Of a DNA stretch of 64,000 nt, positions 28,400-43,589 are shown piece after piece. Positions within the stretch are counted from its first letter, which is position 1; each line of letters begins with the position of its first letter. A model generated the notes under the pieces. The model saw nothing but the letters and a program-made list of their open reading frames with translations. It was not told the DNA's origin and did not search any database. Source of the stretch: the human T2T-CHM13v2.0 reference genome, Homo sapiens. The DNA lies in NCBI RefSeq assembly GCF_009914755.1, contig NC_060942.1. One strand, written 5' to 3'. The position numbers and the translations under genes are program-made.

Positions 28400-31239
28400 T
28401 GACAAGAGTGTAAAAGCAATTCAATGGGAAAAGGATAGTCTTTTCAACAAATCTTGATGAAACAATGAGATATTCTTTTGCAAAAAAGCTAAATATATAC
28501 CTTCTACCATACACAAAATAAACTCAAAAGGGACCACTGTCCTTAATGTAAAACCTAAAACTATAGAATTTTTGGACAAAAACAAGAGAAAAATCTTTCT
28601 GACCTTCAGTTAGGCAATAATGTCTTAGATATGACACAAAAAGCACTATACATAAAAGAAAAAAACTGAAAAATTGGACTTCATAAAAATTTAGAACTTT
28701 GGTCCTTGTAAGATACCATGAAGAGAATGAAAAGATAAACTGCAGAAGGTGAGAAATATGCAACCCACATATCTGGAGTATATAACTCCCAAAGCTCAAC
28801 AATAAGAAATCAAACAACTGTCCCTCAAATGGGCAAAATATTTGAACAGAACTTTACCAAAAAAAATATGAATGGCAAGTAAGCCCATGAAAAATGTTCT
28901 GTGTCATTAGTTATAAGGGACATGAAAATCAAAACCACAATGATATATCCCTCCACAACAATTAGAATAGTGAAAATAAGAAGACTGCAAATACGAAATG
29001 TCGAGGACAATACAGACCAACTAGAACTCTCCTATATCACTGATAGGAATGGAAAATGGCACAACTATTTTGGTAAGTAGTTTGGCAGTTTCTTAACAAG
29101 TTAAAGATATACTACCACACAGTCCAATCATTCCCTTCCTAGGTTTGTGTCCAAGAGAAATGAAAACATATCCACACAGACTCATACATGAATGTTCATA
29201 GAAACTTTATTTGTAATAGCCCAAAACTGGAAACAGCCCAAATGTCTATCAACAGGCAAATGGATAAACAACCATGGAATACTGCTCAGCAATAAAAATG
29301 AATGAACTACTGATACATGCAACAACTTGTATTAATCTCAAAATAACTATGCTGAGTGAGAGAAACTGCATAAAAAGATTACATGCTGTGTGAGCCTATT
29401 TATATAAAATTCTAGAAAATGTAAATAATCTGTAATGACAGAAAGAAGATCTGTCACCGAGCATTCCCTTCCCCCTGGGCACTAGGAGTGGGAGGATATG
29501 ATCACAAGGGGACACAGGAAACTTTTGGGATGAAGGATATGTCTATTATTTTGATGTGGTGATGATGTCATAGATGTATGCATAAGTCTAAACTTACCAA
29601 ATTGTCCACTTTAACCATGTGCAATTTACTGTAATTCAGTTATATCCCAATAAAGCTGTTGAAAACAACATGCGCTACAGTAAGGAGTGGCTGTGATCAG
29701 CCTGGGTAACCTCCTGGAGTTGCAGCAGATCAAGGCAGACTGCAACAGCCACCACTCAAAAGCTCCCTTCCGGTCAGGGAGATGGTCTATGCATCCCACC
29801 TACTAGCTCTGACTCATATCTGGTGCGAGAACTGTAGTAAAGTTTTCGAGTTGGCAAAACCAAAGCACAAGACACCAGTGAAGGCCATGTTCGCCATAAG
29901 ACCTTATCTGAAAAGCCATTTTGACGTCCTTGCTCCTGGCAGCAAAGCCTGCCCTAGGCCTGGTGATCTGGCCTCCCTGTCTACTCTGAGCATCTTGCCT
30001 TCTCCTCCACTGAAAACCATTCTCCAGAAAATAAAACACAACAAAATCAAGATAAAAGGCATCAGCATGGCCCCACACCAGGCTTTAACGGGCAAATTTG
30101 TATGAGCAAGGGCAAAATGAAGGGCAGCAAGGAAAACACTGAATTAAAACCCACTTAAATTAAGAATTCAATAGCAGCCACTTAACTAATAAATAGTATT
30201 CCTCTCTGCCATTGATTGACTCAGGATTGTAATGAAGAGTTCCAGGGGCAACAGCGGAATGTTTTAATTCATCGGATAAACGTCACCAACTCTTGGGTTC
30301 CTAAGATTGAATGTGTTGGAGAAAAGCGGAATGGAGAGCCCACAGGAATTAATTCTTGGAACATCCCTGCAGGGTCAGCATTATTATACCCTGCTTCTAG
30401 GTGGATTTAATATCTCGAGTGCTGGGCAGGGCACCGTGTGCAGACAGGGGCTCCATGATCGTTATCAAGTGATGATGGGGCAGATAGACTAGAGCTGGAG
30501 CTCACACTGGATCAGCTGTCTTATTTATTTCCAAGTTAAGAGACTGAACAAATGGACTTCTGTTATTATCATGGTGATGATTATTGCTGTGGTGCAAAAT
30601 AATGGCTTGGCGCTGCCGGAACTATGTGGGAAAGACTGCACTAAGTCACTGGCTCCAGAGAGAGTTGTTCTCATAGGATGATGTTGTGCAAAATAAGAGT
30701 TCATCTGAAGGATACCCCTGATTCCCACCCTAGATGCCCACCCAACAGCTCTGCCTGGAATCCTCGCCTCTGAGTCACTCCATGCATCACAGAGCATCTT
30801 CACAGCATGGACACTAGGCTCCCAAATAGACCCTAAGCTCTCACTGTCGCTGCTTCTTACGAAGCAAGTGCCAGGTGGCATCAGCTCAGGCTCTGTGGGC
30901 TCCCCAAATACCCCATTAACCAGGACATGGTGGTCATGGAAAGGCATTTTGGGGATGTGAGCACTCTGAATCTTCCACATCATCATTAAGATCTATTTTC
31001 TGCACCAAATGGAGGAGGCAGGTCTGGCCTTGGCCTTCCTTGTACAGAATACCTTGAACTGGAGCCATCTTAGCATCTGTGGGTGCAGGCAGAGCAGAAG
31101 GGCCAGAAGGAAGGTGCAGAGGGGACAAAGGTCCTCTTCCCTATCCTCTGGGACCTTCCAGTATATCTAGTCACAGGGCTAGGGATTCACATCCCTAGAA
31201 AGTCACAGGAGTATGTGAAGAAAGCATGAACATGGAAAA

Positions 31240-31410
31240 GAATCTGAAATATCCTTACATCTATTTTCAATGACTGTCTCATTGTACAGCTGGGGAAACT
31301 GAGGCACAGGAGAGTAAAATGACCGGCTCAAGGCTGCACAGTGAGAGGACGGCAGAGCTGGATGTCAACCCAAGCTCCCTGGCTCATGGTCTACCCTAGC
31401 ACTTCATGCT
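31240..31410 (-). mobile_element. MIR
   Basis: cattgtacagctggggaaactgaggcacagg..tgaccggctcaagg. Confidence 0.75.
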
Positions 31411-32839
31411 TCCAGCCTCAGGAGAGTTCAGTGAAGTTGAAGGATGAAGTACTTGGAAGGTGGCCCATAACCAAGCAACAGGGGTATCTTGACCACTTAC
31501 AGAGTCCACACCCTGTGGTCCTGCCCTGCTGGGATTCTGGGAAGAAGTCTGCTACTTCCCTATCCTCAGAGAGCTTGCTGTCTCACTAAGGAGATGAGGC
31601 CTACCCACAAGAAACTCTCTAAGACAAACACCAGGCAGTATATGAAACCAGGGCTCATATAGATGATGTGGAAATGCTCAGAAAACAGCACCAGTGTAGA
31701 GTGGTCTCATCTTGGAGTAAGCCCTACAGACTTACTTTATAAATAAGGAAATCATCAGCATACAGGGAAATGTTACCCAGCCTTTCTTTCCTGTGTGACA
31801 TACCCAACAGACAGGAACACATTAACACACAACCACTAACCCAATTTAAGTTCGAGAAGACTGCATGTCCGTGTCACTCCATGTTGCTAGGTTTTGTCTT
31901 TAGGGCTATGTGGCCAGATGGGGCAGTTTCAGGCTCCACCAAGACCAGCCTACAGAGCATGCCCCAGACCAGTTATAGAGCCTGACAGTGCCCAGCAGCC
32001 AGTATCACTGGATGCAGAATCTGCGAGCCAAGAGCACTGGCTGGGCCTCACTGCAGAGCTGTCCACCTTGTTTCCACTCTGTCTTCTCATGCTCCTACCA
32101 CCAGAATGCCTTCTGTGCCCACTCAGGGTAACCTGCACCTGGCCTGGCCCAGGTTGCTCATAACATGAGCCACTGTTCCTCTCTGGCCTAGAGTGGCCCC
32201 AGCTCCCATGGGAACCATGTGCTCCAGCCTGATTCAACTCCTCATTGTCCCACAAACACCATAAAAGTTCCTGTCCCAGTGCTTGGTGGACACTTTCCCC
32301 CACCTAGCAAGGCTTTCAGGTCTCTCCTTCTGGCTAAATCTACCTGCTCTTCAGGACCATCCCCCACACTCTGACTGCCTCAGCCCACGTGGATCTTTCT
32401 GTCCTCTGGGCCCCCAGTACACTTGCAAGTAGCACCACTCACGTGGCACCAGCACGAGCAACTCGTGTGGGCAGGGAGATGCTGGTGCAGCCTCCTTGCA
32501 ATCATCAGCAACCTGAGGGCAGCATCACACTGTGCTGATCTCTGCATCCACTCTGCAGCCACTCGTCCAGACATCAGAGTTAAGGATTAGAGAAAACAGA
32601 ACTGTCTCTTCTTTTTCTCAAAGGAATAGAGGACCTTAAAAAATGTACTTAATGAATGCATGCAGCTGAGCATTCTGGTGTCCCGAAAATGACCTTCCTG
32701 ACCTCCTTCCTGGCCTCTCTCCACAACCTTCCACAGCAGTCCTGAGAGGGTCAGCTATCTCGCTCTTGACACTGGGAACTGCGTCTATTCATGTCCCTGT
32801 GGCTCCTTGGTGACAATAAAGCTGCTAAAAAAAAAAAAA

Positions 32840-33210
32840 AAAACTCAGCAGAAAGGAGCCAAGGATATAAACAGACAATACATAGGAGGAAAAACAAATC
32901 ATAAACCAACATATTAAATAGTTAGTAATAGATTAGTAATCAAAGATATGCAAATTAAACCACTCAAGCCCCCCAAATGCAATATAAGGCAATAATATAC
33001 CATTTTATAGTTATAAATTAGCCCCCCAAATGGAGTTAATAAATCAAATGCTGGTAGGACTGTAGACAAGTGAGAACATTTGTAAACGGCTAGTGACATT
33101 AAAATCTGGTGCAATATTTGGGTAAAATATTTAGCAAAACACATCAAGACCTATAAAGATATCTGTACTCTATAACCTAGTAATCCCACTGTTGGGACTT
33201 CATCCTAAAA
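32840..33210 (+). mobile_element. L1ME fragment
   Basis: tagtaatcaaagatatgcaaattaaa, taacctagtaatcccact. Confidence 0.6.
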
Positions 33211-33239
33211 GAAGGAACAGAAATCTGCAGTCCCACCAT

Positions 33240-33252
33240 TGCTGAGTCAGCA
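33240..33252. promoter_or_regulatory. Perfect T-MARE (Maf recognition element) TGCTGAGTCAGCA
   Basis: Exact 13-bp consensus match (reverse complement TGCTGACTCAGCA); function untested. Confidence 0.5.
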
Positions 33253-34179
33253 GTACCTAAGGCCTGTGACTGTTAATACCTCCAGTGCGTGGGTGACATC
33301 TCTACAGTCAATTAATGAGCCAGTCTTCATAAGATATTACATTAGCCAGCCTGGCTAACATCAATTACAGTCAGAAGCTGAGCTGTAATCATGGGGCGAA
33401 TAAGACTGAGCTGCTCATTGTTTAAAATGACCACAGAATGAAATCACCTTTATGAGCACAACTGGGATAAATCAGAGAGAAACAAAGAAAGGAGCACTCG
33501 CCGCATGTCACTCCCCACAGCTGGCTCTGTGTCACTGCACATCCTCACAGATGCAGCTAGGCTTGCCTGCCTACTCTGGGAAGCCAGAGCCCCACTCCCC
33601 AGGCTTGGCTTGATGAAGGACCTTCTGGGGTCTTCTGAGAGGCTGGGTTTCAGCTGTCAGACACGATCCAGGTTTCAGAGAGGTGGAAATAGCTTTCCAA
33701 TGTGCTGGAAAGCAGTGCTTTGGAAACCTGGCTGCAGGGGTTCGGTTAAGGGAGGCTGGGAAGGGCTACCACCAAGTCACCATGGCAACAGCCTCCTTGA
33801 CATCACCCTCCCCCTAACCCGGCCAGCTCCCACCAAATGGTCTGCTCACATGGGGAATGGTGACTAACTACATGTTCATGTGGTGGACACTCCCCCAAAA
33901 GGACTGTGCCTGGGAGTCAGCCAAAAGGGCAGCCTGTAGAATTTTCTACCTTCACAGGGCACTTTGCAAAGCTCTTTTCCATCTGTCGTCTCAATCAACC
34001 CCCACGACCACAAGCGAAGTGGAAGGACAGGGGTCCCAAGTCCTTGGCTGCAGATGAGAAAGTAAAAGACAGAATGGTTATGCCACTTGGGAAGGTCACG
34101 GTGAAGTGAGAACCACCTGTCTGGATGAGAGACAATGGGTGGAGATGGGGTAGGAGGAGGGATCTGCCTTCTAGTCCTG

Positions 34180-34507
34180 GTGGTGCCAGGGAGGTCTCTA
34201 ATAGAACTGAAAAGCCTGGTTTTAGCAAGAATCAACCCTATCCTTGATATCTAATTACCTGGCCTGCCTTTGGCAAGAATCCTGTTAGGTTTGTTTGGCA
34301 AGAGTCCCTCTACTCTTGATGTCTCCACTAGTAATTTTCTAACTCTGCTCCTGCAACTCTGCTCTTTGATTGTAAGTCCCCAATTGTCTTTGTTGTGTTT
34401 AGGATTGAGCTTAGTTCTATCCTGAAGTCTCTTTTCTCTTATTGCAATAGTTTCTGATTAAAATCTGTCTTTATCTCTTTAGTGCCTGGCTATGGTTTTC
34501 TCTGACA
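34180..34507 (+). mobile_element. MER31/MER67-like ERV1 LTR (partial)
   Basis: ttttagcaagaatc..ccttgatatct..attgcaatag..attaaa..tctgaca. Confidence 0.65.
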
Positions 34508-34544
34508 ATAGTCAATATGTTCAGCAATTCTGAAGCTAGAACAC

Positions 34545-34730
34545 GGGAGTTCAAGTCTTGGTTCATCTCGGATTTTCGCTTAAGCTGGGCAAGTTATTTA
34601 TGCTCTCTGAGCCAGTTTGCTCATCTCTAGAACAGGGATTGTAACGGAACATACCCCAGAGGAGAACTAAATGACATCATGCAGGCAAAGCACTGAGCCC
34701 AGTGCTGGCCTGTGGGCAGAGTGCAATAAA
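34545..34730 (+). mobile_element. MIR
   Basis: tgggcaagttatttatgctctctgagccagttt..aaagcactgagcccagtgctggc. Confidence 0.75.
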
Positions 34731-34789
34731 AGAGCCCAGTTTTTCTTATGGTCACATTGAAAATAAAACTCACAATATGAAGGACATGG

Positions 34790-35300
34790 CATCCTGTCAA
34801 AGAGAGGCATCTCTTGAATCTAATCATGCCAACATCAGACAAACCCTAAATGAGGGGCACTTACAAAATAACTGGCCTGTATTCAACAAAATAGCATTCA
34901 GTCCATGGGAGACAGGGAAAGACTGAGAAACTGCTCACAGACTGCAGGAGACTAAAGACGCGTGTCAACTTGCTGTACCATGTGATTCTGCACTGGGCCC
35001 TTTTGCTAAAACGACATCATTGAGACACTTGCACAACGTAATGAGGGTCTGAGGATTATGAAGCAGCAGCAAATCAGTGTGAATTTCCTGGTTTTGGTGG
35101 CTGTGGTGTGGTTCTATAGCAGAATGTTCTCGTTTATAGGAAATGCACACTAAATAATATTCTGGGATGATGGAGCGTCAGTTTGGCAATTTACTCGCAA
35201 ATGGTTCAGGGGTGAGGGAAGGCTCCTTGTACTGCATTTGTGCCTTTTCTGTAAGTTTGAGATTGTTTCAAAATTTTAAAAATTCAAAAATAATTTTAAA
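34790..35300 (+). mobile_element. L1MC 3'UTR
   Basis: aacatcagacaaaccc.aaatgagggg..acaaaataactggcctgta, ttttctgtaagtttgagattgtttcaaaat. Confidence 0.75.
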
Positions 35301-36739
35301 GTGAAATAAAGCTAATGCTTAGAGAGGTTTAAGTGGTCGATGGAGCTAGGACCCACCAACACCCAGGCCTCCGATCCCACAACTCATGCTCTTCCCACTG
35401 ACTCCACGGCAGGGAGGAAGGCATCCAGGAGGCGACTGAGAAGGACTATTGCAAGGGTCTTGGTTTCTGGTCCCTATTAGGCCTTTAACCCCAGTCTCTT
35501 CAGTCTCTTCATCCATAGAACAAGCAGGTGGCAGAAGCCTGAGGTTCTTAACACAGGCAATACCACACCCCGGATGTTGGAAATGAGGGTGCCAAATAAC
35601 CTGCAATGCCTCCACAATCTCACCCAGCCAAGACTTGACCTGCATTCTAGCACTATAGAGAAACAGACTTTGTTTTGTTCATAATTTTAGCAGGAGTTAC
35701 TCATCATTGTAAAAGAAATCTCATTGCAATAGCAGTGCTGCTCTCAGCAACTGAGCTGTCCACACAACCCCCCTAGCATCCGTACCAAATCAGTGGCTCC
35801 AGGCACAGGGGCAAGCTTCTGGCCACTTCATTATGTCTCCTAGTCTACTCCTGCCTAAGCACTGATAGAGTGAAATACATACAATTTTATTACAAGTTAC
35901 TTTCCTTTTATTTCTGTTTAATGTTACAGGTAGCTATATAGAATGGATTTTTTTTTTTTAGTTTTATGTGTAGGTAGGTTTACATGTATTTATGAGTATC
36001 ATTTCAGGCTAGCAAAAGGAATATTATAAGATATGTGTTATAATAAAAGGACATTGGGTCTTCAATGGGACATACATCCTAGTAGGCTCCACCCCATTCC
36101 TTTAAAGGATTACATAGCACTCTATAGCTCAAAAATTCCTCTACTAATAGACACTGAGGTCATTTGATGTTTGTTTCCATTTTCACTGTTGCAAATATGG
36201 CTGCAGTGAACACCCTGGTACCTGCCTCTTTGACTCATGATTAGCTTCTGCTGTAGGTCAAGTTGGATCAAAGCACAAGGTCATCTTCTTCTAGCCCAGC
36301 CTCCTCCATTGCTCATCAGATACCCCCTCAGCACCACAGAAACTACATGACAGGAAGTTTTCTCTTCTGTTTCTTGTCCAGGCCTTCCCACTGTCATCAC
36401 TGACCAATCCCTGGCAACAATTCATCCAGCATCAGATAAGGCATGTGTTCACTGCTTGACAGCAAGGCCCCCCTCAACAGTTCTATTCAACTAAAACTAA
36501 TCGGCAGGGATAAAGAGTGGCCTGGCACCACACTCTCAGCTGGAGTTTGCACAAAGGGAAATGCATTTTAGTCTGGCAGCAAAGTCTTTTCACGACTGGG
36601 TCTTCATTGTTATCAATATGGTAACCAAGGCCAGAGGAATAAAGGAAACCCAAATTCTCCTTCCCACTCTCACTCACCATGGCTTCTCCCCAAGGTTCCT
36701 CTGAGCACATCATGTTCTGGTTTGCAGGTTGAAAGACAC

Positions 36740-37098
36740 ATCAATACGTGTCTCCATCAAACTCACATGTTGATATCCTAACTTCCAAGGAGATGGTGTT
36801 AGAAGGTGGTGGAGCCTTTGGGAGGTCATTAGGTCATGAGGGTGGAGCCCTCCTGAATGGGATTAGAACTTTCATAAAAGAGACCCCTGGAGAGCTCCCC
36901 TGACCCTTACACCACGTGAGAACACAGCAATAAACAGCTGGTTGTAAGCCAGCGTGCAGCCCCTCACCAGACACCAAATCTACGGGCACCTTGATCTTGG
37001 ACTTCCCAGCCTCTAGAACTGTAAGAAACTAATGTCTTTTGTTGTTAAGTCACCCAGTTTATGGTATTCTGTGATAGCAGCCCAAATGGACTAAGACA
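36740..37098 (+). mobile_element. MLT1A0 LTR
   Basis: gcctttgggaggtcattaggtcatgagggtggagccc ... ggactaagaca. Confidence 0.85.
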
Positions 37099-37403
37099 AA
37101 AGGCCTTGTAGATTTCTAGCTTCTAAATGTCTCTGTCTCACAGATGTGAATTGCAAGTACTCTCCATAGGCCAACATTCAAGATATATCAGCCGTTTTGG
37201 CAACTGAGCACAATATTTAGCAGATACTTTCAATAGGCAAATGAGAACAAGTTTGAGGTGAAATCTTTGGGAACAGCAGGCCATGCACTTGTTTAAGCAT
37301 TGAGTTTCAAAGTCCAATGGCACGCTTTTCATAATTACAAGCACTTCTCCAGCCCCATGTCATTCATTTATTAATTTATTCACTATACAGACATAGAAGA
37401 CTA

Positions 37404-37865
37404 TGAAAGAAAATTTTGCATGAGACACTTGTTTAAAATGGCAAGACAAATTTTATGCAAGCTGTCACATTAGGGGAGAGAGACTTCAGCGCAGAACTGA
37501 GCTCAACTTTGAATACAGCAGAGACAGCTGGGGATTTATAGCCAAGGAGCAAAGTGAGGGGGCCAGTGGGTGGAAATAACTAAGAAGAACTTGATTAGAC
37601 ATCAAGGGCAGGGTATTCTTGCTAAACTGGCTTAACAGGAGTCTTGCTAAAGGCAAGCTGAGGGCTTAGATATCAAGGGTGAGGGATGATGAACTTGATT
37701 AGATATCAAGGGTAATCAGATATCAAGGGTGGGGGGGATTCTCAATAAACTGGCTTAGCAGGATTCTTTGCTAAAACTGGGCTCAGCTGGCCAAGGTCAA
37801 GGCCTAGGCTAGAAGAGGGCTTGGAGGAGCCTCACTAAAGTTTGTCAAGGAAAGCATCCTTGTCA
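37404..37865 (-). mobile_element. MER31 solo LTR
   Basis: Reverse strand begins tgacaaggatgctttccttgacaaactttagtgaggctcc; repeated gatatcaaggg. Confidence 0.8.
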
Positions 37866-37941
37866 AGACATATACATGTAAATGTGGGTGTAGATAAAAA
37901 TGTAGATATATCTATCTATGCATCTATATACATATGCATAT

Positions 37942-38619
<678 letters not shown>

Positions 38620-39373
38620 CATATAATCAGGCACCTTAGTGGAAGCTGGGGATGAAGTGGTGGAGAAGAAAAAGCCCCTGTTTAGAAGGTTCAGCATCAG
38701 GAGCTTCTCTCCTTCATGTGCTGATATAGCGTAGGCAGATGAAAGCACCATGCTCAAAGTGAAATCCACCACTCACTGTAAGGTATGTTAACCTCTCAAA
38801 TTACAAGAATACCTGAGATTATAGGGACACCTGGGACCACATTTAAAGATTTTCAGGAGACTCCTGGGAGCTGAGGGGAGGAAGCCCACAGCTCAAAGGT
38901 AGAAGTCACTTTGATCGGCAAATGGTTCTGACAATGTTTTATTCCTTGGTGATTTCCTTCTGAGCCTCTTTGTTAGAGATCTCTAGTCCACACTGGAGGT
39001 TCATTAGCTTGGTCCAGAACAGGATTAAAATAACCTAGTAAATGACAAATTCTCAGATTAAATAAAAGGGAAGAAAAGCCAGCTAATGTTGTTACAACGA
39101 CATAAAAAACAGAATAATCTAAAGAGGTTGAAAATAAAGTAATGGAAAAAGGCATTCCAGACAAATAATAATGACAAGATAACTGATGTAACACTATCAG
39201 TGTCAGACAAGGGAGAGAGAGAGAAGGAATAAATATAAATCAGTTAAATGTTCACCTCAAGGAGTTAGCAAAACAACAATAAACACAAAGAAAGCAGAAG
39301 AGATAAGATACTAAATATGAGAGTATACATCAATGAAAGAGGAAACTAATTACCAAAACCTAAACCTAGTTCT

Positions 39374-39962
<589 letters not shown>

Positions 39963-41188
39963 CTAAACCTAGTTCTATAGAACACAAATCTGTAGCAAGA
40001 TTGAACAAAAGGAAAAGTAATATGGGACAAAAAAAAATAGCAATAGGATTTAAATGGAAATTTCATGACAAAACAGTAGATATTTCTTAAATCAAAAGAG
40101 AAACTATGAACCAAGATAGAAGAACACAATTTTCTTTAAAACTACATATATGTATAAATGATCATAACTTTCTCAAGAAGAAATAAAAACCTGCATACAT
40201 TAGTAACCACAAACAAAACCAAGCTGATAAAAATCTGCACCTCCCTCCTCAAAGGCACTAGACCAAGAAGGCTTCATAAGCAAGCTTTGCCAAAACTTTA
40301 TGGAGTGGTTAATGTTTACCCAAAGCAAACTGTCTCAGAGAATAGAATAAGAAGGAAAACTGGCAAAATAATTTCATGAGGCTAGTATAACCTTAATAAC
40401 GTCACACAGAGGGTACAATTAAAGAAAGTTGTTGACTAGGCTCACTTATGACAATAGAGGCAAAAATCCTATTTTTAAAAGTCTCAAATCAAATTTAGCA
40501 ATGCATCAAAATTACATCATGATCAACTACAATTTGTCACTTATTTCATACATATATCAAATACATATTTATTTTATACATATATCAATAAACTGTATGT
40601 ATATGATACATAAATCAAATAAATATTTATATTATATAGTATTTTATATATAGCATATATTATATTATATATTTCTATTAAATATATTATATAATTATAT
40701 TTATAAGGTATTATATTTATTTAATATATGTATCAAATAAATATTTGATACAATTTATCAACTACAATTTTCCATTTATGCTAAAAATGTAAAATGTTCT
40801 TCAGAAAATGTGTTAATACAATGTGTCACATTATCAGATTAAGAAGAACAAATAAATATGATCATCTTAGTAAATGCTGAAGAAAAAGCATTTGACAAAA
40901 TTCCATACTCAGTCACGATAACTTGGTAAATTAGGAATAGAAAATAACTTTAATTTGATGAAGATATTTATTAAAAACTAATGACAAACATCAAATGTAA
41001 TAATGAAAATTTAGATGTATTTTCATTAAATGCAGGACCCTAAATTATGCCACTATCACCTAAACTATTCATCACTGAATTCAAAGTCCTATCCAGTGCA
41101 ATAAGACAATATAAACAAAGTGTAATAATTGGAAACAAACAACATTCTCATTAGTTGCAAATGATATCATTGCTCATGATGCACCTCA

Positions 41189-41540
41189 TGATGGTTAATT
41201 TTTTTATGTGTCAACTTGACTGGACTGAGTGATGCCCAGATAGCTGGTAAAATATTACTTCTGGGTGTGTCATGTGTGTCTGTAAGGATGCTTCCAGATG
41301 AGATTAACATTTGAATCAGTAGACTGAGTAAAGAAGATCACCCTCTCTAATGTGGTTAGGCAGTATCCAATGCTTTGATGGCCAAAGTAGGACAAAAGGG
41401 TGCAGGAAGGGTGAATTTGCTCTCTGCTTGAGCTGGGACATGCAATCTTCTCCTGTTCTTAGACACTAGAGCTTCTGGTTCTTTGGCCTTTGGCCTCTGA
41501 GACTTATACCCTTGGATCCCCTGGTTCTCCAGCAAGATGA
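41189..41540 (+). mobile_element. MLT2 (ERVL) LTR, partial
   Basis: tgatggttaattttt.atgtgtcaacttgactgg..gatgcccagatagctggtaaaa. Confidence 0.85.
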
Positions 41541-41659
41541 CAGGAAGGGCATAAAAGATCTGATCAAGGGGAGAGATGTATTCCAGATGGAGAGAAGACT
41601 CAATACTGAGGTGCTAATCTCCCAAAACCAATCTGGAAGCCAATTCAGTTTCAATAAAA

Positions 41660-42306
41660 ATGCCTGCAGGTTACCACTTCACATTTACTAGAATGCAAAA
41701 TGGTGCAGTCACTTTGGGAAAGAGTGAAGAGTTTCTCAAAGGTTAAAGGTATAGTTTCCAAAAGACCTAGCAATTTCACTCCTAGGTATAGACCCAAGAG
41801 AATGAGAACATCTGCCCTCACAAAAACTTGCACACTTATGTTCATAGCAGCATTCTTGATAATAATCAAAAAGTGGAAACATCCAAATGTCCACCAAGAG
41901 ATGGATAAACAAAATATGGTATATCCAAACAGTGGAATGTCATTTAGCCATAAAAAATGAATTAGGTACTAATTTATGCTAGGACATGGATGAATCTTGA
42001 AAACATTATGCTAAGTGAAATAAGCCAGACACAAAAGGCTACATATTGTATGATTCTATTTATATGAAACATAGAGGACAGGCAAATCCATGGAAACAAA
42101 AGTAGATTAATGGTTTCCAGAGGCTGGGAAAAGCACGGAATGGGAACTGACTGTTAATGGGTGTAGGTTTTCTCTTGGAGATGACGAAAACATTCTGGAA
42201 TTAGTATTAATGGTTGCAGAACTGTGTGAATATATTAAAAATCACTGAATTGTACACTTTAAAAGTGCGAAATTTATGGTATGTAAATTGTATCTCAATT
42301 TTTAAA
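41660..42306 (+). mobile_element. L1MB-type 3' end
   Basis: MVQSLWE..KTCTLMFIAAF remnant; gctaagtgaaataagccagacacaaaagg; cactgaattgtacactttaaa. Confidence 0.8.
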
Positions 42307-42309
42307 AAT

Positions 42310-43080
42310 TTCCATCAAGGTTTGTTGTCATACTTGACACCGATCATAAAGCTCATATGGAAGTATAAAGGGCCAAGAATTGCTAAGATAATTTTGAAAA
42401 AAAATGCTGGAGAGACTTGCTCTATTACAGATCAAGATTTATTAGAAAACTCAGTAAGACTTACATGTTATTATCATAGAGATGGACAATTAAGAAAAAA
42501 AATAGCAATCCTAGAAAGAAACTCATAGATAAACATAAACTTGGTATATGGAAAACTTGGCATTATAAATCAGTAGGAAAAGAGTAGACTAATAAATGTA
42601 TACAAAAATGGAAAAAAATTAGTTACCTCAATGAAGTTTGAAACAACAATGAAATATCATTTTACATTCAGATTAGTAAAAACTACATAATAGTTATTAT
42701 ATTTTAGAAGAAAGGGAAGATAATTGAAAGGGAAGAGGAAGGGTGGAGGGAGAGTCAATGGTGTCTACTTTCAATTCTAAAAAAGGAAAGGATCAGAATA
42801 AAATAAGGTAGAAACGTTAAGATTGATTAATTATGGCTCATGGTATATGGATAATAGTTACATAATTTCTCTGTACACTTCTACATGTTTGAAAGAATCT
42901 CTAATTTTTAAACTTCCACAAAAATATTACCCACAAGAAATATGCCAAAATATTAAGTGGTTTTCTAGAGTAGTGAAAATATGAGTGATTTTTTATTTTT
43001 TCTATATTTTCCTTTTTAAAAAAAACAATAAGAAGGTGTTATTTTGCTAACAAAAGACAACATTAAAACTATCAAAAGGG
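42310..43080 (+). mobile_element. L1ME fragments
   Basis: catatggaagtataaagggccaagaattgctaag and other decayed ORF2/3' motifs. Confidence 0.55.
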
Positions 43081-43589
43081 AAAGAACCTACCCCTTTTTT
43101 ATTGCTATCCAACTGAGAAACTCACATTGTAATACGAATAAATGGTAATTTTGGTAAAGTTCATAGCATGTATACTTTCCATAACACTTCTACCCATCTT
43201 TTTCATGATACATGTGTAAAGGAGGTAAGCAAAGTATCAGATGCTTTTTGCTCTAGTTACACAAGATTATGTGTGATGGAATTGGGCCAAGCACTAGTCT
43301 TTTAGGACCCTTAATCTCATGCTTTTTCTGCTACTCCAGACTACCTCTCAATACCCCAGTAGGTCTTCGGTATAAATGTAGACAGCTGCTTCCCATCTTC
43401 CAAACAGTTGTGCTGCATGGTTTATTTGTTAAATCAGATATTTTGAACTTGAATCTTGTTGTTTTTGTTTTGTCTTGTTTTGTTTTTTTATGGGGACAGC
43501 ATTATGACAGCAAGTTAGGGTCAAAGGTTCACAAAAGCACTATGTCCACCCTAACCTGTCTTAGAAGAGTGGTACTCAGCTGCTGGTTT

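Noticed and set aside
30525-30986. 153-aa minus-strand ORF
   Set aside because: No homology recognised and no exon features; consistent with a random open frame.
32812-32843. AATAAA plus an A-tract suggesting a processed pseudogene end
   Set aside because: No TSD or upstream mRNA-like ORF; it looks like a decayed LINE terminus.
35790-36075. Possible hAT/Charlie DNA transposon relic
   Set aside because: Terminal inverted repeats and TSD could not be identified by eye.
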